The position numbers were made by a program, and so were the translations under genes. Shown here one piece after another: positions 43,447 through 51,872 of a stretch of 64,000 nucleotides of DNA (positions within the stretch are counted from its first letter, which is position 1; each line of letters starts with the position of its first letter). Location: the NCBI GenBank assembly GCA_004322265.1, contig SCSZ01000031.1, forward strand, positions 13,148 to 77,147. Reading direction: 5' to 3'. Source of the DNA: Patescibacteria group bacterium (GTDB lineage: Bacteria; Patescibacteriota; Saccharimonadia; Saccharimonadales; Saccharimonadaceae). Under the pieces are notes generated by a model that saw only the letters and a program-made list of their open reading frames with translations, was not told the origin of the DNA and ran no database searches.

Positions 43447-43935
43447 ATGAATGTCGTATTTGTCTTCGCAGGACTTGCAGTTGTCTTATTTGTCTCAGCT
43501 TTTATCACTAGACGCCGGTTCGGATTACTCGGCCTCGCACTTGCGGCCGGATCAATACTGAGCGGTATTTGGAGTTTTGACGCAGGGCTAGTCGTCGGTA
43601 CAATCGGCGTTATACCACCTGGACCACTGACGACTTCAATTACTCTTGGTCTGATCGTACTGCTACCAGCGATTGTACTGTTATTTCATGGCTACACCTA
43701 TAAAAGCTTGCTCGGACGCATTGTTGGCGCGTTATTATTTACGTTACTGGCTCTTGCATTTCTCGTAACACCTCTTGGTTTTGGACTGCCACTTAGTGGT
43801 ATCGGCGCGAATATCTACGCTCAGCTGGTGAAGTACAAGGAAGTGATTATTAGTATCGGTTTGGTAATTGCGGTCATCGATTTGTTTTTCACAAAACCGG
43901 CTGCGCCACTATTAGACCGTAAGTCTAAACGTTGA
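43447..43935 (+). CDS. Polytopic membrane protein (162 aa)
   Basis: TGCTATAAT (43431-43439) with the ATG 7 nt later. About five hydrophobic helices. The ORF-track start at 43249 overlaps the previous gene. Confidence 0.6.
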   Translation: MNVVFVFAGLAVVLFVSAFITRRRFGLLGLALAAGSILSGIWSFDAGLVVGTIGVIPPGPLTTSITLGLIVLLPAIVLLFHGYTYKSLLGRIVGALLFTLLALAFLVTPLGFGLPLSGIGANIYAQLVKYKEVIISIGLVIAVIDLFFTKPAAPLLDRKSKR

Positions 43936-43994
43936 CGCCCACCTCTATAAGTGGTATATTTTTGAGAGCGTTTATGCGCTACCAATTTTCTATT

Positions 43995-44012
43995 GGGACC
44001 ATAGCTCAGCTG
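43995..44012 (+). pseudogene. Duplicated 5' fragment of tRNA-Lys
   Basis: GGGACCATAGCTCAGCTG is identical to the first 18 nt of the intact gene 116 bp downstream. No anticodon arm, T arm or 3' acceptor strand follows. Confidence 0.6.
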
Positions 44013-44110
44013 CCGGAGCGCTTTAGTGCGACCCGATAATAATAAGCAGCTCTAACCAATGAAGCAATGATTTGGGCAGTGGATTTTTCCTACACATTTA
44101 CAATTCATAT

Positions 44111-44187
44111 GGGACCATAGCTCAGCTGGTTAGAGCACCTGCCTTTTAAGCAGGGTGTCGTGGGTTCAAGCCCCACTGGTCCCTCCA
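44111..44187 (+). tRNA. tRNA-Lys (TTT)
   Basis: GGGACCATAGCTCAGCTGGTTAGAGCACCTGCCTTTTAAGCAGGGTGTCGTGGGTTCAAGCCCCACTGGTCCCTCCA. Anticodon stem CCTGC/GCAGG, loop CTTTTAA. TACAAT 6 nt upstream. Confidence 0.9.
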
Positions 44188-44268
44188 ATAAAAAGTACTC
44201 ACTCAATGTGGGTATTTTTTATTACAATTATTTCACAGCTGATTCTCAGTATTTGCTATACTACAGCC

Positions 44269-45726
44269 ATGAAATGGTGGGTGATTCGACGTCGACTTCA
44301 TGTGTCTTGGTTGATTAGCATTCTGTGTATGGCGATTTTAGTCGGTGTCTTTCTGTCTCGATACGTTGCACCTTCGTTTTTTGCATCAGGGATCTGGCTA
44401 GCAGCTGCTACAGCAATTGTTGTATTGACACTTTGGCGTCGTAATCTCTTCTTAATTGCGCCACTAGTTGTGGCTGGTGTCTTGGTTGGCTTGTGGCGAG
44501 GTTCAGTGCAAAGTATTGAACTACTTACCGTCAAACAATACTACGGAAAAACAATAACAGTTACTGGCAACGTCCGTGAAGATGTTGACACCGATACCTC
44601 TGGTAATCTAGTGATTCGTCTAGATACGATAAAAATTAAAAATAATATGTTAGCGGGATCATTATGGATTAGTGCAAAAACGGATACTGATATTAAACGT
44701 AGCGACCGAATTACGCTCACAGGTAAAATTAGCGAAGGCTTCGGAGGCTTTGTCGGTACAATGTACCAAGCACATCTGCAGTCGGATATTCGTCCGCAGC
44801 CTGGAGATATTGCGCTACGGGTAAGGGACTGGTTTGCTGATAGTGTTCGTCAGGCGATCCCGAGTCCACAGTCGAGCCTGGGTATTGGTTACTTAGTTGG
44901 ACAAAAGCGGGCCTTACCAGCAGATCTTGCTGAAGCATTACAAATTGCCGGCCTTACTCATGTGGTCGTGGCAAGTGGATACAACCTCACAATTCTGGTG
45001 AGGTTAGCCCGTCGGTTATTTGAGAAAGTTTCTAAGTATTTAGCAGCGCTATCGGCAAGCACCATGATCGTAGGTTTCATTGCGATAACCGGACTCAGCC
45101 CGAGTATGTCTCGAGCGGGACTTGTTGCCGGACTCAGCCTCGGGGCATGGTATTATGGCAGACGTTTTCACCCGCTCGTCTTATTATCATTCGCGGCCGC
45201 AATAACAGTCGTTATCAATCCGAGTTATATATGGGGTGATTTGGGATGGCAGCTTTCATTTGCTGCGTTTGCTGGCGTTATGATTCTGGCACCGCTACTA
45301 CAGCGATTCTTCTTTGGTCAGAAAAAGCCAGGTTTTATTCGTCAAATTTTAGGTGAGACTATATCAGCTACAGTGGCAACGGCGCCAGTTCTCGTAAGCA
45401 GCTTTGGACAGTTATCGAACGTCGCGGTTATTGCCAATCTTATGGTGCTACCACTGGTACCACTCGCGATGCTACTGACATTTATTGCAGGACTTGGAAC
45501 ACTCGTGATTCCAAGTCTTGCGACTATTATTGGTCTGCCTGCGACGTGGCTTTTAACATATATGACAGGTACTGCCCAATATCTGTCGCATGTTCCATGG
45601 GCCGTTACGTCTATAACATTGCCGAGTTGGGCGGTTGGGCTATGTTATCTTGGATTAACAAGCGTGTGTATTGTTTTGTGGCGAATCACTAAATATGATC
45701 TAAAGAATGCGAATATTATCGAATGA
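44269..45726 (+). CDS. comEC: ComEC/Rec2 DNA internalisation channel (485 aa, no beta-lactamase domain)
   Basis: N-terminal TMs plus an OB-like region, then the competence domain with GLTHVVVASGYNLTILV and many TM helices. TGCTATACT 6 nt before the ATG. The ORF-track start at 44155 overlaps tRNA-Lys. Confidence 0.8.
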   Translation: MKWWVIRRRLHVSWLISILCMAILVGVFLSRYVAPSFFASGIWLAAATAIVVLTLWRRNLFLIAPLVVAGVLVGLWRGSVQSIELLTVKQYYGKTITVTGNVREDVDTDTSGNLVIRLDTIKIKNNMLAGSLWISAKTDTDIKRSDRITLTGKISEGFGGFVGTMYQAHLQSDIRPQPGDIALRVRDWFADSVRQAIPSPQSSLGIGYLVGQKRALPADLAEALQIAGLTHVVVASGYNLTILVRLARRLFEKVSKYLAALSASTMIVGFIAITGLSPSMSRAGLVAGLSLGAWYYGRRFHPLVLLSFAAAITVVINPSYIWGDLGWQLSFAAFAGVMILAPLLQRFFFGQKKPGFIRQILGETISATVATAPVLVSSFGQLSNVAVIANLMVLPLVPLAMLLTFIAGLGTLVIPSLATIIGLPATWLLTYMTGTAQYLSHVPWAVTSITLPSWAVGLCYLGLTSVCIVLWRITKYDLKNANIIE

Positions 45727-45733
45727 TGTAGCT

Positions 45734-47275
45734 TTACCAACTACCGCCGCCACCACCACCAAAGCCACCGCCACCAACTCCTCCGCCAGAGCTAACGCTA
45801 CTATTGCTCGACATCACACTAGCAAAACTACTACCAAGATCTGAGGCAAGTGAAATCGCTGAGAACGCAACCAAGTTGCCGGTATACCAGTTCGTCGACT
45901 GCGTTAGATCAATACCATCAAACTTCTTTGCCCACTGTTTTTCAACACCAAGTGCAATCGCGTAGGGGAGTAAGGCGTTGAAACGCTCGGGAGTTTTGTC
46001 AGGAGCATCGCTGAACTCAAGTCGATCTTTTTCGACGACACTCAGATATAATTTGAAACCGTCGACTTGCGCCCACTGCTTGGCGCCCTCGTCGGTCAAG
46101 GTGCCACGCATAAAGATATCACCAGCATTTTGATAGTAGCCAAGCTTTGTTAAGTCGGATCTAATTGATGCTTTGAAGATTGATACTTCACTCGCCATAG
46201 TGCCTTTATCTAATTGGGAAAGTTTGACCTTTTGATCAGTGCCGAAGAACGAACTGAGCAGTGTATATTCTGCAGCTGGTAGATCGTCGCCACTTTTTAG
46301 AAGCACAAGTTGGTAATCAGTTGATCCAAAAAGACCTTTCTTGGGTAGGTAGACAATTTTAATGTACCCCTTAACCGCCCAATTAATAACGGTTGCCGTA
46401 ACCTCGCGATTATCTGCAATGTCGTCTTCAAGTAGACCAATATGAGCAGGTGTTAAGCCTTTGGGCGGTTCGTACTGGGCGACGACAATCTGGCGTTTCT
46501 TGCGCCTATGAGTACGAACTCCACGAACTATGAATATGATGGCAACTCCGAGGATGAGCAAAGCTATGAGAATACCAATCGCAGCACTTCCAATTGCCGC
46601 GAGTAGATCTTCAGTTCGCATTTTATTGGGCTGTAGGAAGTATGTGATGTAGCCATTTGGCAAGGTTGCGTTAATTGTAACACCTTGATAAGGTGCGACG
46701 TAGTCAACTGTTAATTCACCCGGGGTTGTACTTTGATTAGTAGCACCGTACCATGAAACATCACTAAGCTGCGCACCATTTTCCAGTGTAACTTTGGCAG
46801 AAATATTATAAATCGGTACTGTCCAACCAGATCCTACAACGTCCAGGTTTAGAAAAGGCTTGCCGTCTTTTTGAATAATAAGCGGCTTGAGCTCATAGCT
46901 AATAACATATGTATGGACGCCGGTGATTGTCGTATTTGGGTCGCCAATCTTGATACGCTTGTTGCCACTATCAGTGGATAGTTGTGTTTGGATTGAATTA
47001 CCATTTTCATCAGTAACACTATCAAGTTTGAAGTTAACGTAGTAGTTAGTATTACCATCGTGATAATCAATTGGTATATCGCGGTAGATTCCATGGTGCA
47101 TATTAGACGCGAAGTCGTATACGATTGTTTCCTTGACGGTTACATCATCACTTTGAGCGATAGTAATCTGACTATCAAACTTACTGACTTGCTCTGTATC
47201 TGATGCATAGGTCGTCGAGTAGTTTGCTACAATCACGAACACGAGCACGCCAATAGCAATAAGCAGTTTCTTCAT
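45734..47275 (-). CDS. DUF2207-like membrane protein with a C-terminal poly-Gly tail (513 aa)
   Basis: Signal peptide, beta-rich ectodomain (HHGIYRDIP), central TM, cytoplasmic region, and a tail GGGVGGGGFGGGGGGSW. Confidence 0.6.
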   Translation of the reverse strand: MKKLLIAIGVLVFVIVANYSTTYASDTEQVSKFDSQITIAQSDDVTVKETIVYDFASNMHHGIYRDIPIDYHDGNTNYYVNFKLDSVTDENGNSIQTQLSTDSGNKRIKIGDPNTTITGVHTYVISYELKPLIIQKDGKPFLNLDVVGSGWTVPIYNISAKVTLENGAQLSDVSWYGATNQSTTPGELTVDYVAPYQGVTINATLPNGYITYFLQPNKMRTEDLLAAIGSAAIGILIALLILGVAIIFIVRGVRTHRRKKRQIVVAQYEPPKGLTPAHIGLLEDDIADNREVTATVINWAVKGYIKIVYLPKKGLFGSTDYQLVLLKSGDDLPAAEYTLLSSFFGTDQKVKLSQLDKGTMASEVSIFKASIRSDLTKLGYYQNAGDIFMRGTLTDEGAKQWAQVDGFKLYLSVVEKDRLEFSDAPDKTPERFNALLPYAIALGVEKQWAKKFDGIDLTQSTNWYTGNLVAFSAISLASDLGSSFASVMSSNSSVSSGGGVGGGGFGGGGGGSW

Positions 47276-47309
47276 AATTTAATCTTACCACGACATTCAA
47301 ATCTGAGAA

Positions 47310-47344
47310 TTAGCTGAGCAGAGGTCCGTCCTCTGCTCAGCTAA
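47310..47344. repeat. Perfect 15-bp inverted repeat in a divergent promoter region
   Basis: TTAGCTGAGCAGAGG-tccgt-CCTCTGCTCAGCTAA. No flanking T-run on either strand. Confidence 0.8.
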
Positions 47345-47435
47345 AATTAAGTTTAATGGGACTGATCGACTAACGAAACGGCATCTTTATCTGTTATAAT
47401 AAAAGACAATACGATAATTATCTGGAGATAAAGGT

Positions 47436-48167
47436 ATGTCAGGACACAGCAAGTGGTCAACGATTAAGCGTGAAAAAGGTGCGAAAGACGCAAAGCGTGG
47501 TGCCGTTTTTACACAAATAGGTAACTTAATTGCTATTGCTGCTCGTGGTGGTACTGACCCTTCAATGAACTCATCGCTTGCGATGGCGATTGAAAAAGCT
47601 AAGCAAGCTAATATGCCGGCAGCTAATATTCAACGTGCGATTGATCGCGTTGCCGATAAAAATGCCGCAGTTCTTGAAGAAACAACATATGAAGGTATGG
47701 GCCCGGGCGGTGTCGGCATTATTATTGAAACAGCAACAGACAACAAGAATCGAACCTTTCCTGAAGTTCGATCTGCACTGACAAAAAATGGTGGACGTGT
47801 TGCCGATGCCGGCAGCGTAACATTCCAGTTTAGTCGTAAGGGTGTGATTCGAGTTGCGGCCCCTAACATGGACGATAGCGAAGATGCATTACTTACAATC
47901 CTTGATGCAGGTGCCGAAGATGCAGTTGAAGAAGACGGCGAAATTATTGTCTACACTGAGCTAAAGGACTTAGCCAAAGTACGTCAAGCTATTATCGATT
48001 CCGGTCTTAATGTTCTTGAAGCAGATCTTCAATACATTCCAAATAACTCTGTTGTTATTGATGATCCAGAAGTTGCCGCACGTGTTCTTAAGGTACTAGA
48101 TGCACTCGACGATCTTGATGATGTTGTCGGTGTACATACAAATGCTGACATCACTGCTGAAATATAA
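47436..48167 (+). CDS. yebC: YebC/PmpR family DNA-binding regulator
   Basis: MSGHSKWSTIKREKGAKDAKRG signature. GGAGA SD upstream. Confidence 0.9.
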   Translation: MSGHSKWSTIKREKGAKDAKRGAVFTQIGNLIAIAARGGTDPSMNSSLAMAIEKAKQANMPAANIQRAIDRVADKNAAVLEETTYEGMGPGGVGIIIETATDNKNRTFPEVRSALTKNGGRVADAGSVTFQFSRKGVIRVAAPNMDDSEDALLTILDAGAEDAVEEDGEIIVYTELKDLAKVRQAIIDSGLNVLEADLQYIPNNSVVIDDPEVAARVLKVLDALDDLDDVVGVHTNADITAEI

Positions 48168-48215
48168 GTCTATATAATTCTTGAATTTAGCTGAGAATTT
48201 GTATATTATTTTGAT

Positions 48216-50072
48216 ATGCATAAGCGTATTGTGGTGGCAATGCTTATAGTCTCGTCCGTATTATGCGGATTAAGTGTTAAAAATGCTTCGGCCGTCAGTT
48301 CGTCATTGGTTCTAAGTCAAATACAACTTGGTAATGCGGTATCTGCTTCTAATGAATTTATCGAAGTCTATAACAATGCGTCAACTGACACTGAGGTTAC
48401 CAACTGGTGTCTTTACTATGCTAGTGCGAGCTCGACACAAATCGGGAGTAAACTTGGCTGTTTTGTGCCCGAAAATGACAGTTTGCATCTATATTTACCA
48501 ACTCATACATATGCATTCGCAATTTCGACGATCCTTGCAACTAATATTCCTAGTTTGGGAAGTGATCTCAAATTTGCAGCAACGCTGTCCGGGACTGCAG
48601 GACATGTGAGGTTGCTCGATAATAACAATATCGAGATTGATAAAGTCGGCTGGGGAACGACCGCTGCTTCGCCCGAAACATTGTTTACGCCGACAGCTCC
48701 AGTCGAAAAAGTATTGTCTCGAAAAGTAATTCCACTTGTAAGTACTCTGCAGGATACCGACAACAATAGCCTAGATTTTGAACTACTCGCACCGAGATCA
48801 ACCTATTCATATGGTTCAATCTACGAAGTTCAGGATCTATGTAAAAATATTGCAGGTATACAGACAAGCATCCCTGCTGAATATTCTGTGGACGTTGATG
48901 ATAATTGTATGCCACCGCCAATAGATGTATGTACAAACATTGATGGGTTACAGATCACCCTACCAACCGGATATGAACACGATGAGGATGGTTTGTGTCA
49001 GCCCGATGTTTGTAGTAATATCGAGGGTTTACAAATGACAATTCCAACAGGTAAGGAGCTGGACGCAGTCGGTAATTGCGTCGATCACGATTATTGTCCC
49101 AATATTTCAGCCATCCAGATAACCATTCCTGAGGGTTATCATACGAGTGATCAGGGCGTATGTTTACTCAGTATTTTACCAATAAAAATTAACGAAATAC
49201 TTGCAAATGCTGCCGGTAGCGACAACGGTAATGAGTTTATTGAACTATACAATCCCAATGATACTTTTGTTGACCTCAGCGTCTATCAACTCAAGATTGG
49301 TATTAATGCACCTAAGTTTTACAGTTTTCCTGCTGGTAGTACCGTTGAACCACATGGCTATATAAGCTTTTCCGATGATGACATACCATTCACGTTAGTT
49401 AACTCAACCAGTCAAGTAAGTCTGGTTAGTAGTGATAATCAATTGATTGATGAGTCTCCAGCCTATAGTAATCCAGCGGATGATATGGCATGGGCCCTGA
49501 TTAATGGTATATGGCAGTATACAAATCAGCCAACACCGGGCAGCAGTAATATTGTCTCAGTGGACATATTGGATAATGTCGAAGAAGTTGTCGTTGGTTT
49601 GCAACCATGTGCTCCAAACCAGTATCGTAATCCCGAGACAAATCGCTGTCGACTGCTAGTAACGGTTGGGTCAGCCCTAGTACCCTGCCAAGACGGCCAG
49701 TATAGGAGTGAAACAACAAATCGCTGTCGGAGTATTGCATCAGATGCGGCCACACTGACACTGTGTAATCCAAACCAAGAGCGCAACCCAGAAACGAATA
49801 GGTGTCGACTAGTTGCTTCGAGCAACTCGGAGCCGACTCCATGTAAGGAGGGTCAAGAACGCAATCCAGACACAAATCGCTGTCGAAACGTGGTGAGTAG
49901 TGTGCCTACAGCTGCCTTTGCGGTCGAACCAATCAGTGATAGTAGTAGTGGGCTCATTGGGTGGTTGGCTGTTGGGGGTGTTTGTCTAGTTGCGTTACTC
50001 TATGCAGGTTGGGAATGGAGGGAAGAACTACTTCAATTGGTTCGAAGGTTGGGAGCGTTCTTTCATTGGTAG
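48216..50072 (+). CDS. Surface protein with two lamin-tail domains and two cysteine-repeat arrays (618 aa)
   Basis: Signal peptide. LTD motifs SNEFIEVYNNAS..VTNWCLYY and INEILANAAGSDNGNEFIELYNPND. Four repeats of C.NI.G(L/I)Q.T(I/L)P.GY, four repeats of C...Q.RNPETNRCR, and a C-terminal TM. Confidence 0.75.
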   Translation: MHKRIVVAMLIVSSVLCGLSVKNASAVSSSLVLSQIQLGNAVSASNEFIEVYNNASTDTEVTNWCLYYASASSTQIGSKLGCFVPENDSLHLYLPTHTYAFAISTILATNIPSLGSDLKFAATLSGTAGHVRLLDNNNIEIDKVGWGTTAASPETLFTPTAPVEKVLSRKVIPLVSTLQDTDNNSLDFELLAPRSTYSYGSIYEVQDLCKNIAGIQTSIPAEYSVDVDDNCMPPPIDVCTNIDGLQITLPTGYEHDEDGLCQPDVCSNIEGLQMTIPTGKELDAVGNCVDHDYCPNISAIQITIPEGYHTSDQGVCLLSILPIKINEILANAAGSDNGNEFIELYNPNDTFVDLSVYQLKIGINAPKFYSFPAGSTVEPHGYISFSDDDIPFTLVNSTSQVSLVSSDNQLIDESPAYSNPADDMAWALINGIWQYTNQPTPGSSNIVSVDILDNVEEVVVGLQPCAPNQYRNPETNRCRLLVTVGSALVPCQDGQYRSETTNRCRSIASDAATLTLCNPNQERNPETNRCRLVASSNSEPTPCKEGQERNPDTNRCRNVVSSVPTAAFAVEPISDSSSGLIGWLAVGGVCLVALLYAGWEWREELLQLVRRLGAFFHW

Positions 50073-50093
50073 AAATAAACTATACTTGAAGGT

Positions 50094-50570
50094 ATGAGAA
50101 TCATTGGTATTGATCCAGGTACAGGCATCATGGGCTTTGGTGTTATTGATGTCATTAAAGATAAAATGAAGCTTGTTGATGCTGGGGTTATTACCACACC
50201 TGCGCACACTCCGCATGACGAGCGACTCGAGGATATTTTTGATAGTCTGACCGAAATTATTAAAGCGACCAAGCCCGAAGTTATGTCAGTTGAAAAGCTA
50301 TTTTTTACTAACAATGTTACGACTGCCATGACGGTTGCTGAGGCCCGCGGCGTTGCGCTACTTGTCGGGCGTAAAGCAAAATTGCCGATTGCCGAATATA
50401 CGCCGAACCAAATCAAGCAGACACTAACTGGCTACGGCAAAGCAGACAAGAAACAAATGCAGGAAATGGTACGTATACAACTTGGGCTAAAAGACGTACC
50501 AAAACCAGACGATTGTGCCGACGCACTTGCTGCTGCGATTACGCATTCTTTAATGTCTCGCCTCAGTTAA
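50094..50570 (+). CDS. ruvC: Holliday junction resolvase RuvC
   Basis: MRIIGIDPGT..GFGVID and the C-terminal DAADALAAAITH-type motif (DCADALAAAITH). Confidence 0.9.
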   Translation: MRIIGIDPGTGIMGFGVIDVIKDKMKLVDAGVITTPAHTPHDERLEDIFDSLTEIIKATKPEVMSVEKLFFTNNVTTAMTVAEARGVALLVGRKAKLPIAEYTPNQIKQTLTGYGKADKKQMQEMVRIQLGLKDVPKPDDCADALAAAITHSLMSRLS

Positions 50571-50656
50571 ATCCTCCAAGCGTTCCTTCAGGCAAGCTTG
50601 CTACACTTAAATGATGTAGTGGCCGCTGCAAAGGTAACATAGACGGAGGACATTAT

Positions 50657-51220
50657 ATGAATAAATTAAAGAAGAGCCTAATTATTGGCGCTGGCGTTGC
50701 TACAATTGGCGTCGCGGGAATAACTGGCGTAGCGAGTGCATCAGCACTGACGGCAACGACAAGCTCATCAACCAGTTCAGAAACAAGCACTAATTCGCTT
50801 ATTGATAAACTGGCAGCAAAATTTAATCTTAATAAAGACCAAGTAAAAGCCGTGTTTGACGCAGATCGCGCCGATCACCTAGCTGCTATGAAAGCCTCAC
50901 AAACTGCAGCACTTAAAGCGGATCTATCAAGTGGAAAGATAACGCAGGCGCAATATGATTATATCGTTGCAGCGCAGGCAGAAATTGACACATTGATGGC
51001 TTCAGCTGGATCACCTGGCACACAGTCAGATACTGTGAAAGCTCAAATCAAGACAAAGATTGATGCTTTACGGGCATGGTTTAAAGCTCAAAACCTAAAA
51101 GCGAGCGATTTAGGACTAGGCTTTGGCCACGAACGTGGGTTGGGATATGGTAGAGGAGACCATGGTCATGGTTCAGACAACGACGCAGATGACACTTCAT
51201 CAACGTCGACAAATAAATAA
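50657..51220 (+). CDS. Secreted helical hypothetical protein (187 aa)
   Basis: GGAGGA SD, signal peptide, Ser/Thr-rich linker, His/Gly/Asp-rich tail. Confidence 0.65.
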   Translation: MNKLKKSLIIGAGVATIGVAGITGVASASALTATTSSSTSSETSTNSLIDKLAAKFNLNKDQVKAVFDADRADHLAAMKASQTAALKADLSSGKITQAQYDYIVAAQAEIDTLMASAGSPGTQSDTVKAQIKTKIDALRAWFKAQNLKASDLGLGFGHERGLGYGRGDHGHGSDNDADDTSSTSTNK

Positions 51221-51241
51221 GTAACGCACCTCACGCCCCTT

Positions 51242-51274
51242 ATCTGCCAGGCCACTACAGCCTGGCAGATTTTT
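51242..51274 (+). terminator. Intrinsic terminator
   Basis: ATCTGCCAGGC-cactaca-GCCTGGCAGAT followed by TTTT. Confidence 0.85.
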
Positions 51275-51300
51275 ATGTATATCTATGTCATAATAGACAC

Positions 51301-51870
51301 ATGATTGCACACGTATCTGGAGTTGTGGCTGAAAAGTTTGGCAGTGCAGTGATTGTCGATGTCGCTGGGGTAGGCTATGAAGTGCAGGTTGCCTCGGGGG
51401 ATTTCGATAGGGCGGTACTTGGTGAGGATATTAAATTTCATACCTATCATCACATTCGCGAACAATCCCAAGAACTATTTGGTTTTAGTAGTCTCGCGGC
51501 CAAGAAATTATTTGAACTTCTCATTACTGTGCAGGGTGTTGGGCCAAAGGCTGCTCTATCGATCCTCTCGCTCGGTGATAGTGAGCAAGTCCGTAACGCT
51601 ATTGCAAATGGTGATAGTGCGTATATTACGCAGGCAAGCGGAGTAGGTAAGCGAATCGCAGAACGTGTTGTAGTTGATCTTTCAGATAAGGTAGGTTTGG
51701 CGATTCAGCTAACGCGCAAGATTGGTTCATCTGGTCTAGTCGTTAATGATGAAGCACTAGAAGCCCTGATTGCCCTCGGCTATACGTTAGCTGACGCGAC
51801 CAAGGCACTCGAAAATATCCCAGGTGACTTGCCAACAGCGGCTCGCGTAACTCAGGCGCTCAAGGGGTAA
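51301..51870 (+). CDS. ruvA: Holliday junction branch migration protein RuvA
   Basis: MIAHVSGVV...VGYEV, and the HhH motifs [13 protein letters not shown] and [12 protein letters not shown]. Confidence 0.9.
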   Translation: MIAHVSGVVAEKFGSAVIVDVAGVGYEVQVASGDFDRAVLGEDIKFHTYHHIREQSQELFGFSSLAAKKLFELLITVQGVGPKAALSILSLGDSEQVRNAIANGDSAYITQASGVGKRIAERVVVDLSDKVGLAIQLTRKIGSSGLVVNDEALEALIALGYTLADATKALENIPGDLPTAARVTQALKG

Positions 51871-51872
51871 CT

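Noticed and set aside
44155-44268. Upstream start of the comEC ORF
   Set aside because: It begins inside tRNA-Lys. The ATG at 44269 sits 6 nt after a TGCTATACT extended -10.
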